Shown: positions 1 through 8,438, counted from the stretch's first letter. The stretch: DNA of 64,000 nt from an uncultured bacterium (GCA_903847095.1 CAINCQ010000029.1:5485-69484), one strand, 5' to 3'. Translations and numbers: made by a program. Notes: generated by a model from the sequence alone, not told the origin.

Positions 1-359
1 ACCCCATGCCCGCCTTCTTTGGTCCGCTCCAATCCGGAGCTATCGGCGTCAAACGGCACGTGCAGCCGGTTGATCAGAATTTCATCCACCAGCCCCGGAC
101 CTTCCGAAGCCAAAATTTTAGCCGCTGCCGGATTGCTCACCCCGGCACCCGCCGCCAAAATATCGGCCGCCAAGTCCTTTCCGTCATACACGATACCTCC
201 TTGAGCGTAAAACGTATTTGACTCCTGAAGGCTTTTGGCCCGCGTAGCCAAAATGACCCGCGCGCCTTCATCAGCCAACGTCAAAGCGGCTGTTCCGCCG
301 GCAATTCCGCCACCGATGATCAAAACATCGGTTTCGATTTTCTCTCGAGAATTTCTCAT
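1..359 (-). CDS. nadB: L-aspartate oxidase-like FAD flavoprotein, N-terminal part (gene continues past window start)
   Basis: Absent from ORF track because it runs off the edge. My translation from ATG 357-359: MRNSREKIETDVLIIGGGIAGGTAALTLADEGARVILATRAKSLQESNTFYAQGGIVYDG...VPFDADSSGLERTKEGGHG; GxGxxG FAD fold, YAQGGI and EGGH motifs of NadB/SdhA family. Confidence 0.65.
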   Translation of the reverse strand, partial: MRNSREKIETDVLIIGGGIAGGTAALTLADEGARVILATRAKSLQESNTFYAQGGIVYDGKDLAADILAAGAGVSNPAAAKILASEGPGLVDEILINRLHVPFDADSSGLERTKEGGHG

Positions 360-494
360 CGTGTCACCTTTGTCCGTTTTTCTTGTTCTGCTTTCGGTTC
401 AGCTTATTTTTTAAGGTACTCCCTGGATAAACCTTTTGAATAATACATATAAAACGTTTTTTTGTCAATAAAAAACCGGGTCTTATTTCCCGGT

Positions 495-887
495 CTACTT
501 CGAAGCTTTCTTGGCTTCCAGCCTTTTAATCATCCGAACGCTTAGGCGCCTCGCCTCTTCAATCCTTGAGAACGGATCCTTTCTCTTGTTAAGAACAGCG
601 AGGCCGAACCGGGCAATGGCGGAAACGACGTCCAAAAATCCGGCTTCCAGCACTTCCTCTTCACTTACTTCACTTATGCTAGGCGCTTCAAAAGTATCGC
701 CAATTTTCTTTAATGTTGTGACGATGAAGTAAAACCGGTCTCCTTCCTTTGCGTCCAATATCTCATCCATCAGTTTTTCGAACCGATCGTTAAATTCTTC
801 TTTAAGGATCGCTGGATCCCTCGTTGCCATCATCTTCAAGCAATCCACGAATTGCTGTTCCCGCACGGTTAGCTTCTTTTTTGCCAA
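495..887 (-). CDS. hypothetical protein, tandem paralog 1 (GDRxYFI ... FGLAVLxKxKDPFSR family)
   Basis: 130-aa ORF, TTG start 7-8 nt after GGGAGG; clear similarity to ORF 1098-1499; consensus promoter upstream. Confidence 0.6.
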   Translation of the reverse strand: MAKKKLTVREQQFVDCLKMMATRDPAILKEEFNDRFEKLMDEILDAKEGDRFYFIVTTLKKIGDTFEAPSISEVSEEEVLEAGFLDVVSAIARFGLAVLNKRKDPFSRIEEARRLSVRMIKRLEAKKASK

Positions 888-918
888 TATCTTACCTCCC
901 GGTAAGCTTTATTTATTT

Positions 919-946
919 ATTATACAGATTTTTCTCAATATGTCAA
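919..946 (-). promoter_or_regulatory. sigma70-type promoter (TTGACA-N16-TATAAT on minus strand)
   Basis: plus-strand tgtcaa at 941-946 and attata at 919-924, upstream of ORF 495-887. Confidence 0.6.
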
Positions 947-1097
947 CACTATTTAACAGCTCCGCCATAAAGACTAACAAAAGATAATTACCTGTTTGTA
1001 AGCTACGGCCGGCCGGCAATCTCCCGCTTGGTTGCGGAATAAAAACAATAAAGCCTCGTCGTTTTACCATAAAAAAAACCGGAAATATTATCCCGGT

Positions 1098-1499
1098 TTA
1101 TTCTGGCGTTTCCTCGGCTTTTTCAGCCGCGAAATATTTGGCCATCGATGCCACGGACCTGGTGGCTTCATCCAGTCGGGAAAACGGATCCTTCTTCTTA
1201 TCAAGGACGGCCAAGCCGAAGCGGCCAAAAGCGGAAATTACCTCCATAATACCCGCCAAAACAACCTCTTCGTCGCTCGAGTCCGGGGGCAGGCAACCCG
1301 AGAGGGCTTCACTTATCCCGTCGAGGGACAAAGCAATGAAGTAGAGACGGTCTCCTTTCTTGGCTTCCAACTCATTATCCATAAGATAATCGAGAAGCTC
1401 CTCCGTACCATCCTCTAAAATCTTTCTATCCCCGGCCGACATCATTTTAAGAACCTTTCTCCATTCTCGTTCCCTATCCGTCATCTTCGCTTTTTTCAG
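1098..1499 (-). CDS. hypothetical protein, tandem paralog 2
   Basis: ORF track starts at ATG 1484, but AAGGAGG (1507-1513) sits 7 nt before an in-frame CTG at 1497-1499; with that start the N terminus (LKKAKMTDREREWRKVLKMM) aligns position for position with paralog 1 (MAKKKLTVREQQFVDCLKMM). Confidence 0.55.
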   Translation of the reverse strand: MKKAKMTDREREWRKVLKMMSAGDRKILEDGTEELLDYLMDNELEAKKGDRLYFIALSLDGISEALSGCLPPDSSDEEVVLAGIMEVISAFGRFGLAVLDKKKDPFSRLDEATRSVASMAKYFAAEKAEETPE

Positions 1500-1797
1500 A
1501 CTATCGCCTCCTTTATGGAATTTTTTTATAGCAAAGAGAAGAAAATGTCAAACCCCGGATCGTTGATGGTTGTGTTGATATTGCAAAAAATAGCGCTTTA
1601 TGTTATAGTAAGGGTAGCGAAAAAAATTGTTCTATAGATTCCCGAAAAAATATAAATATATTTCGATGTTCTATAGAGTGCCGCCGATAACCGAACGGAC
1701 TACCCGAAAACGGATACGGCAACAGCAATTCTAAGAATATCGTTATATCTTAACTGGCCAGCCATTCTTTATATTTCGCGGGAAGCCAAAAAAATCT

Positions 1798-3027
1798 ATG
1801 AACAGTTACTCTCGTTTCGCGCGCAGCGCGAAACAAAATCCGCGTCGGACGCAAGGCGCCCGCACCGGAGGTCTTTATCGTTCGCGTTCAGCGGGCCGGC
1901 CGGCCAGATCCGGCGGCGGCTATCGCGAACACATCGATATCTCAAGGTTCGTAAAACAAGCCTCGACGTCGATAGAATGCCCACCCGTGCCGATTGTCAA
2001 TCGGTTCGAGGATTTTGATTTGTCTCCTATTCTGAAAAAAAATCTCGTCAAGCTCGGATTCGGCACGCCAACCCCGATCCAAGACCAAGCTATGCCGTTG
2101 ATCATCGAAGGCAAAGACGTGATCGGCCTGGCAAACACCGGAACCGGAAAAACGGCCGCCTATCTACTGCCGATAATCGAAAAGATATTGAAGAACAACC
2201 GCAGCGAAGCCGTTATCATTGCGCCCACGCGCGAACTGGCTTTGCAGATCGACGGTGATTTCAAAAACCTTTCCCGGGGAACGCGGATCGAATCCGCGGT
2301 CCTGGTCGGAGGAATGCCATCGCGCCCCCAGATGCAGCAATTAAGATACCGGCCCAATGTGATCATTGGAACCCCCGGAAGGCTTAAAGACTTCCAACAG
2401 CGCAATGTGGTTAATTTCTCCGGTTTTACGACGGTTGTTCTGGACGAAGTCGACCGCATGCTCGATATGGGTTTTATCAACGACATCAAAGAGATAATCG
2501 GACAACTCCCCCAGAAAAGACAATCTTTGTTTTTTTCGGCAACCATGCCTGACCGCATTCGTGTTTTGTCCGCCCAGTTTCTCCAAGATCCGGTGATCGT
2601 TTCCATAAAATCGAACCAGACCGCGGAAAACGTGGAACAAAACGTCATTAAGACCAACAGCGCCTACGAAAAACTCGACGAACTGAAAAAACTTCTGGCT
2701 AAGCCCGGAGTGGATAAAGTTCTGATCTTTTCCGATACCAAGCGCAGTGTGGAAAAACTCAGCGAGGAATTAAGGCGGGAAGGATTCAAGACCGAATCGA
2801 TCCATGGCAACAAACGCCAAAGCCAGCGGCAAAAGGCGCTTGATGAATTCAAGTCAAACAAAATCAGCGTACTCGTGGCTACCGACGTCGCCGCCCGCGG
2901 CCTTGATATAAAAGACGTAACGCACGTGATCAACTTCACCGTGCCTCACACCTACGACGATTATATCCACCGCATCGGGAGAACCGGACGCATGAATTGC
3001 AAGGGCACCGCTTATACCTTTGCCTAA
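1798..3027 (+). CDS. DEAD-box ATP-dependent RNA helicase with Arg/Gly-rich N-terminal tail
   Basis: 409 aa; motifs ANTGTGKTAAY (Walker A), PTRELA, LDEVDRMLDMGF (DEAD variant DEVD), SAT, HRIGRTGR. Confidence 0.9.
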   Translation: MNSYSRFARSAKQNPRRTQGARTGGLYRSRSAGRPARSGGGYREHIDISRFVKQASTSIECPPVPIVNRFEDFDLSPILKKNLVKLGFGTPTPIQDQAMPLIIEGKDVIGLANTGTGKTAAYLLPIIEKILKNNRSEAVIIAPTRELALQIDGDFKNLSRGTRIESAVLVGGMPSRPQMQQLRYRPNVIIGTPGRLKDFQQRNVVNFSGFTTVVLDEVDRMLDMGFINDIKEIIGQLPQKRQSLFFSATMPDRIRVLSAQFLQDPVIVSIKSNQTAENVEQNVIKTNSAYEKLDELKKLLAKPGVDKVLIFSDTKRSVEKLSEELRREGFKTESIHGNKRQSQRQKALDEFKSNKISVLVATDVAARGLDIKDVTHVINFTVPHTYDDYIHRIGRTGRMNCKGTAYTFA

Positions 3028-3032
3028 AAGAC

Positions 3033-3200
3033 TATTAGACCTACTGATCAAATATTTTCGTAGCGAAATTTCCAGATTCCGAGCGAGCCGAATGAAGAAC
3101 GAGGAGACATACTTAAGCTAAGTATGTCGACGAATGATGAATTCGGCGTAGCCGGAATATGGAAATTGCAGTAGGAAATATTTGATCAGTAGGTCTATTG
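3033..3200. repeat. 168-nt imperfect inverted repeat folding into a rod-like hairpin (possible structured RNA)
   Basis: about 22 bp basal stem (3037-3059 with 3074-3096), further 8-, 6- and 7-bp helices, 10-bp apical stem gacatactta/taagtatgtc (3106-3115/3119-3128, loop agc); mismatched segments on both arms are purine rich. Confidence 0.6.
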
Positions 3201-3206
3201 TAAGTT

Positions 3207-3242
3207 AAAACAAAACGGAGCCGTACGGCTCTGTTTTGTTTT
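3207..3242. terminator. bidirectional intrinsic terminator between convergent helicase and cupin operon
   Basis: aaaacaaaacggagccg-ta-cggctctgttttgtttt, 17-bp stem flanked by A-run/T-run. Confidence 0.75.
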
Positions 3243-3289
3243 AACCGGCTTGTCGCGATTTAAAAAAGAAAAAGGAAGTTTTCCTTCCT

Positions 3290-3640
3290 TTACATTTTCA
3301 CTACGTCGTAAGGCAACCACGGCGCCTTGATAATCAAAGCCTGCGCGTCTTGGCTCGCCCAAACGATTTGCGATGCCGAACCCGGCTTTTTAAATAAGAA
3401 TTTGCCGGACACCAGATGAATCTCCTCGCCGTCTATTTCGATCTTTAACGTTCCTTTAAGTACCATTATCACTTCATCGGTGTCTCGATGGGCATGCCTT
3501 TGGGACGGAACATCGTCCTTTCCGGTTTCCCAGACCCTGATACAAAATTCCCTTGAATCAAACAAGTCGCTTCGCCCAATCATTGTGCCAATCAAGAGTC
3601 CGCCCGGACCGGGCTCATCTATATCGCCGACAGCATACAT
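3290..3640 (-). CDS. cupin-domain protein
   Basis: 116 aa; HAHRDTDEVIMVLKGTLKIEIDGEEIHLVSG resembles cupin motifs 1-2 (H-x-H ... G-x5-G ... G). Confidence 0.55.
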   Translation of the reverse strand: MYAVGDIDEPGPGGLLIGTMIGRSDLFDSREFCIRVWETGKDDVPSQRHAHRDTDEVIMVLKGTLKIEIDGEEIHLVSGKFLFKKPGSASQIVWASQDAQALIIKAPWLPYDVVKM

Positions 3641-3641
3641 T

Positions 3642-4127
3642 TTATTTCCCTCCGGTTGAAAGCCCGAAAATCAAAGCATGGCCCCGTTTCCAGGCGACCC
3701 AATCCTCCGGAACGCAACAGTGAATGCGATCCATGATCTCGATCAGAGAATAACCCCTGTAATCGGCCAGCATCGTATTGGGAAAATAGGTCGGACCTTC
3801 CTTCCAATTGATCATACGGAAAAACCAATGCTGTTCCGCTCCTTCCTTGACCGAAAATCCCTTTCGGAAAATCACGGTATTATGGCCCGCCTCCTTCGGA
3901 AGGGCCTTAGCCATGATCTTTGTCCGGTAGCTTTCCCGGTATTGGTCCTGCACTACAAACTCGCAGTAGCTCCGGATCATTTCCAATTCCTCAACGGTCG
4001 GCATTAGCGAAAGGCGGTCCAACGACACGATCCAGTAAGTACCCGGCCAGGTCGAGTCGACCGGAATCTTAAAATTCGTCTGGATACGCTCGATTTCCTC
4101 GGCGTCCAATTGGTAAATTTTCGCCAT
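3642..4127 (-). CDS. hypothetical protein
   Basis: ORF track begins at 4277, but AAGGAGG precedes the internal ATG at 4125-4127 (MAKIYQLDAEE...); stop abuts cupin start (operon). Confidence 0.55.
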   Translation of the reverse strand: MAKIYQLDAEEIERIQTNFKIPVDSTWPGTYWIVSLDRLSLMPTVEELEMIRSYCEFVVQDQYRESYRTKIMAKALPKEAGHNTVIFRKGFSVKEGAEQHWFFRMINWKEGPTYFPNTMLADYRGYSLIEIMDRIHCCVPEDWVAWKRGHALIFGLSTGGK

Positions 4128-4221
4128 TTCAATCCTCCTTGTTTTTAACTTGCTAAAAAAGATTCTGATACAAAAACATAGCTTTGTCAAAAAAATTTGA
4201 ATCTTGGAGCTTCTTCGCGGA

Positions 4222-5862
4222 TCAGTCCAAAAAAAGCCGGGCAATTCGCAGCTCTTCGTAAGTTGCCTTTTCCCCAAGTTGCTCTTTGGCGCGGGCGAGC
4301 GGATATCCGCCTGTTTCGGTCTTGAATTTCAAAATAGCTTTTTTCATCATACCGATCCTCTTGGGACCGGCCTTTTTTTGCAGATACTCGATATCGGGCA
4401 GCCGCCCCTCTTTTTTCAGTTTTTCCAAATGCTCCAAAATCGTGGCTAATTTCAATTTCCGTTTTTTTACAATTTCCTCCAGCGGAGTCTTTCCTTCGAT
4501 CATCAAGCGTGTTTGCTCCATCGTCGATATCGCTTGCTTTTTATGCGATCGATGCGGTTCGGACAGATCGCTGGTCTTATTTTCCAATGGCGATCGGTCA
4601 ATCGCCTCGCGGATTTCTTTAGCGTCCCTTTCGGAATCTTTTTTTAATTCCCCGTCGAATTCCAGGACTTCCTCATCCACCTGTAAGGCGTTTTCGTTGA
4701 ATCCGACCAGCGTCAAACCTTCAAGCGACCGCACGCGCGACAAAGCCACATACCCCATGCCGCGCTCGAATGATCTTGTAAGGTCTATCTTGGCCGCGTC
4801 CAAACTCATTCCCTGGCTCTTATGAACCGTGATCGCCCAAGCCAGACGCAATGGATATTGGATGATCTCGGCTTTGACCTTGCCGTTCTCCTCGATCATC
4901 CAATTGGCCAAACCCACGTCGAACCGCCGGCCGTTATCCGCCAAAACCACGATCCGATTATTATCCAGTTCCTCGACGACCCCCAGCGTGCCGTTGACAT
5001 ATCCTTCCTCGAAATTGTTTTTCACGAACATCACCCTGGCCCCGACTTTTAGTTTTAAAACATCGGGCGCAAGGCATCCCCGTTTGACCACTTCGACCAG
5101 ATTGTTCCCGCCCCTCGCTTCCATTTTATATTCATACGCCTTGCCCGATATTTTCATCAACTCCAGTGAATTTTCCAGATCGACGTCGCAATTCAAACAG
5201 TAAAGCTTGGTTGGTTCCAAATCTTTTTTTATGCCGCATCCAACACGGTTTTCCAAATGCCGCCGCTCACGCCCTAAAACCGCGTTGCTTCTGATCGCGT
5301 TTAACACATCGATGAAATCACTGTCGTTCTGACGGTGCTGCTCGTCCAGATAGCAGATCTTCAGATCAAGTAATTGCCACGCCCGGGAATGATAAGCAAA
5401 GCGCGCTTTCGGTTCGTCTAACCGCGCCACCGGCGGCAACTGGAAAAAATCCCCACAAAGAATAACTTGCACGCCGCCGAACGGAAGAGTGTTTTGTTTG
5501 AATTCACGAAACAAATTATCGACCAGATCCAACCGGTAATGGTGAAGCATCGATATTTCATCGATCACCAAAACCTCGGCTTTTTTATACCGGCTCTTCA
5601 GATAGTATCTTTCCTTTAAATCTTTCAACGTCTGTTCGTCCAGGCTGTCGCGAATGCCAAGACCGGTCCAGGAATGAATCGTCATCCCGTTGATATGGGT
5701 TGCCGCTATCCCCGTCGATGCGGTTATCGCCGCTCCAATGTTGTTTTGCTTAAGATATTCGATATACCGGTTCAATAAAAAAGTCTTGCCGCTGCCCGCG
5801 GCTCCCGTAATAAAAACATTGTTGCCCCTTTTGAGGATTTCGTACGCTTCGTTCTGTGTCAT
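4222..5862 (-). CDS. PIF1/RecD-like SF1 DNA helicase with C-terminal HTH-like tail
   Basis: 546 aa; GAAGSGKTFLL Walker A, VLVIDEISM Walker B, GDFFQLPPV, AITVHKSQG, GYVALSRV motifs typical of PIF1/RecD family. Confidence 0.85.
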   Translation of the reverse strand: MTQNEAYEILKRGNNVFITGAAGSGKTFLLNRYIEYLKQNNIGAAITASTGIAATHINGMTIHSWTGLGIRDSLDEQTLKDLKERYYLKSRYKKAEVLVIDEISMLHHYRLDLVDNLFREFKQNTLPFGGVQVILCGDFFQLPPVARLDEPKARFAYHSRAWQLLDLKICYLDEQHRQNDSDFIDVLNAIRSNAVLGRERRHLENRVGCGIKKDLEPTKLYCLNCDVDLENSLELMKISGKAYEYKMEARGGNNLVEVVKRGCLAPDVLKLKVGARVMFVKNNFEEGYVNGTLGVVEELDNNRIVVLADNGRRFDVGLANWMIEENGKVKAEIIQYPLRLAWAITVHKSQGMSLDAAKIDLTRSFERGMGYVALSRVRSLEGLTLVGFNENALQVDEEVLEFDGELKKDSERDAKEIREAIDRSPLENKTSDLSEPHRSHKKQAISTMEQTRLMIEGKTPLEEIVKKRKLKLATILEHLEKLKKEGRLPDIEYLQKKAGPKRIGMMKKAILKFKTETGGYPLARAKEQLGEKATYEELRIARLFLD

Positions 5863-5936
5863 GGTCTGATCGTAAAGTTAACAGTTTTATTCTATCCTTT
5901 GATGCGGCGAGCCGCAAGTTAACGCCGAACCAAAAA

Positions 5937-5965
5937 AAGAGAGCTGTTTAAAAAACAGCTCTCTT
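5937..5965 (-). terminator. intrinsic terminator after ORF 5987-6514
   Basis: aagagagctgttt-aaa-aaacagctctctt with T-run on minus strand. Confidence 0.7.
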
Positions 5966-5986
5966 CCGCAAGACCAAAGTTACCGA

Positions 5987-6514
5987 TCATTGGTTCGATG
6001 TACCGGTAGCGCCGGTCAAGGAAAAACCATGAAACCTCATACCCGGCCCGGGTCTTCCGCTAAAACCACGCCCACCCATCATTAAATACTCTTGGGGAAT
6101 ATTATTGTCTTTTGCCCATTGCTTCAAGTCGTCCATTTGCGCCTTCAGCGCGGTGCGCTTTTCTTCCGCCGTCTTACCCTGCATTTCCGTTCTCAAGGTC
6201 TGCATTTTGGCTTGTTTGGTTGTGATAGCATCGGCTTGCGCTTGGATAAGCTTGCCACCAGCGACATCCGAGACCAGGCGGTCCGCGAAATTTTGTTGCC
6301 GCAAAACCTCCATTTTCGTCCTTTGTTCGTCAAAAACCTGCTGGACATCGTTGGTATTAAGATTGAACTTGGCCGCAATGGCCGAAATCAATCCGTTCAT
6401 CGGATTATTTTTCGCCGTAGCCTCGGTATCGGCGTAAACCGAACCGATTCCCGCGGCCGCGACCGTCAACGCTACCGCCAAAACCGCGGCGGCTTGTGAT
6501 TTTGTGATTTTCAT
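5987..6514 (-). CDS. secreted hypothetical protein (signal peptide, Gln/Ala/Lys-rich helical, Gly-rich tail)
   Basis: 175 aa; N-terminal MKITKSQAAAVLAVALTVAAAGIGSVYA signal-like segment. Confidence 0.6.
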   Translation of the reverse strand: MKITKSQAAAVLAVALTVAAAGIGSVYADTEATAKNNPMNGLISAIAAKFNLNTNDVQQVFDEQRTKMEVLRQQNFADRLVSDVAGGKLIQAQADAITTKQAKMQTLRTEMQGKTAEEKRTALKAQMDDLKQWAKDNNIPQEYLMMGGRGFSGRPGPGMRFHGFSLTGATGTSNQ

Positions 6515-7003
6515 ATTTTTTCTTTTACTATGGTATATGCGAAGCGATTATTCGCCATCCGGCCTGCGCCGCCGGATGTTGGAACTTCCCGGGTGTCCAT
6601 AACGTTACTACAAGCCCGGTAAGACTTTCTTTCAAAATCGTTTTTTCGGCGAGAATCGATCCAATTCCGTAAATTTTAACATCCGCCTTGTTTCCAGCCC
6701 CATTTATCTTTTCACAACCATATCCGCCGACGGACTTTTCGGTCCGAATATATGAGCTGATTCCGATTACCGTCCTTGGTACTATATGCGGCGCATGATT
6801 TTATGATCCCGCTTTGTTTTTCCGGTCTTATCGAGCCAAAAAATTTCCGCTACCGCTAAACTCAAGGCGTTAAGACAATGGTCAAATTTGTTTTTTGTCG
6901 CTTTTGAACGCAATAGTGTTTTTTTCCGATTATAACTTTCGACAAGAAAACATTGCATGAAAAAAAGCCCGTTTAACGCGCTTTAATTTACTTTGTGGCT
7001 ATT

Positions 7004-7047
7004 TTAAAAAAATAGAGAGACATTTTACCCGGATGGTAATTTGTCTC
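7004..7047 (-). terminator. intrinsic terminator after ORF 7051-7245
   Basis: gagaca..ttacc loop ggtaa..tgtctc stem followed by T-run on minus strand. Confidence 0.5.
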
Positions 7048-7050
7048 ACT

Positions 7051-7245
7051 TCATTGGTAGCCGTCCACAACCTCGTTTTTAACGTTGTAAATCGGCTTTC
7101 TTAGATATTCCATCATCTTGACTACCGCTGCTTCGGCGGCATCACGATCAAGGACTATCTCGGTTTCTTCGTCGCCTCGAATGGCCCGGATAATCAAATT
7201 TGGTCCGTCTATTTTCAATCCAATCTGATCAGCCACTTCTTTCAT
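7051..7245 (-). CDS. small hypothetical protein (64 aa)
   Basis: AAGGAGG precedes internal ATG 7243-7245 (MKEVADQIGLKIDG...), preferred over track start at 7308. Confidence 0.5.
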   Translation of the reverse strand: MKEVADQIGLKIDGPNLIIRAIRGDEETEIVLDRDAAEAAVVKMMEYLRKPIYNVKNEVVDGYQ

Positions 7246-7427
7246 CGACCTCACCTCCTTGCCTGTTTCATAACAATAACATCGTTTCCACAATTTGTCA
7301 ATAGACATACGCTGTTTGGCGAGTTTCCTCAGTATTTTTACCCTTTGGATATATTCGCAAATAATTCCTCATCCTTTAATGAGGCATGTTCTGCCAATCC
7401 GGATAAAATAAAACCATGATTTTTTGA

Positions 7428-7862
7428 TCATGGCCCATTAGCCTCCACTTCCTGCTCTTTCAGATAATTTATCACTTCCGATGCGGTCTCGTCCAGATTG
7501 CGATTATTCATTTCCGAAATCATTGCCGGCCCCGATTCGCCGATCAGGTTTTCCAGCCGCGCTATCGCAACCAGCGTGAATTTTCTTTTCTCCGTGGCCA
7601 ACCAGTCGACATCCAGATAGCATATTGCCGCCATCAGGTCCCCGACTAACGGTAGAGCCAGCCAAGACTCTTCGTCATTGAAACTCAGACGCTTGGAATA
7701 AAATACGAGGCCTTGCCGCGCGGCGTCCAATTCATAATATTTCATCTTTTGCCCTTCCGACCATTGGCTCGCCAGATCAAGGGCCTTTATTACGCTGGTA
7801 TCCCCCGCCATCGCTGTTTTTTCTACGCTTCGTCTTACCACTTTGGCGGCCACGGCAACCAT
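7428..7862 (-). CDS. hypothetical protein
   Basis: 144-aa ORF; no SD; lies 22 nt downstream of, and in frame with, the small ORF 7887-7967. Confidence 0.5.
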   Translation of the reverse strand: MVAVAAKVVRRSVEKTAMAGDTSVIKALDLASQWSEGQKMKYYELDAARQGLVFYSKRLSFNDEESWLALPLVGDLMAAICYLDVDWLATEKRKFTLVAIARLENLIGESGPAMISEMNNRNLDETASEVINYLKEQEVEANGP

Positions 7863-7886
7863 TTTTCTTGCCTGATCATTACCTGG

Positions 7887-7967
7887 TTAGACCTTCAATC
7901 CCGCCATGCAAACCATCAGCTTTAAACGGGCGGATGGTCTCATTTTGTCCAATTCAATTTTAGTCAT
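7887..7967 (-). CDS. 26-aa leader ORF (MTKIELDKMRPSARLKLMVCMAGLKV)
   Basis: my translation; strong AAAAGGAGG SD 4 nt upstream of ATG 7965-7967; directly downstream of promoter 7995-8023. Confidence 0.3.
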   Translation of the reverse strand: MTKIELDKMRPSARLKLMVCMAGLKV

Positions 7968-7994
7968 AAAACCTCCTTTTAAGGAACCTTCATT

Positions 7995-8023
7995 ATCATA
8001 ATACTATGCCTCCGATCAGTCAA
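7995..8023 (-). promoter_or_regulatory. sigma70-type promoter (TTGACT-N17-TATGAT, minus strand)
   Basis: plus-strand agtcaa 8018-8023 and atcata 7995-8000. Confidence 0.55.
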
Positions 8024-8438
8024 TAACTTCTACCAACCCCTTAAAGCAAGTAGTAGCGTTTGGCGGATTTTTTCTCCTTCTTTGCCGACTGCGCGGCGGC
8101 TCAGCGCGTCTTACCTTTAAAACCCCTGCCAAAGCCCGCCTATGCTCATTTAAAGCATCGTTATACCAGAATAGAGGGAAGAGGCCGTCTTTAATTATTT
8201 GAACGTCCTGATGCCTTTTTACTTCGAGTTTGCTGTTGTTGGTCGACTTAAAAAGCAGGTACGTTCAGCATTCTGCTTTATCGATTATTTATTTTTTCGG
8301 CGTTAATTTGAAACGATTCGTATTAATCGCCACTTTCCGAACTGATCGTTTTTCTCGACAGACTCTCTAAACTCCGCCGGGGATAATTTTAAGGAGTCCG
8401 TTTTTTGTCGATCTTGATCAATTTTCGCGATGTTTTTA

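Noticed and set aside
2160-2657. A 165-aa minus-strand ORF inside the DEAD-box helicase gene. Similar long antisense ORFs occur at 6092-6499, 11297-11860, 17679-18182, 30282-30980, 33585-34214, 35643-36077, 38348-38818, 54765-55316, 59618-60124 and 62117-62614.
   Set aside because: Each lies fully within, and antisense to, a gene with clear family motifs. Their translations are low-complexity (Arg/Ser/Gly/Pro-rich) and they have no SD or promoter. They are typical shadow ORFs.
6515-7050. RNase P RNA, SRP RNA, tmRNA or a known riboswitch in this and the other ORF-free regions (8030-8438, 24830-25355, 48400-48827).
   Set aside because: I looked for hallmark strings on both strands: the GGAAAGTCCGG-type P4 of RNase P, the GGAAGCAGCC-type SRP motif, the tmRNA tRNA-like ends, and common riboswitch cores. 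I found none. Only a covariance-model search can settle this.
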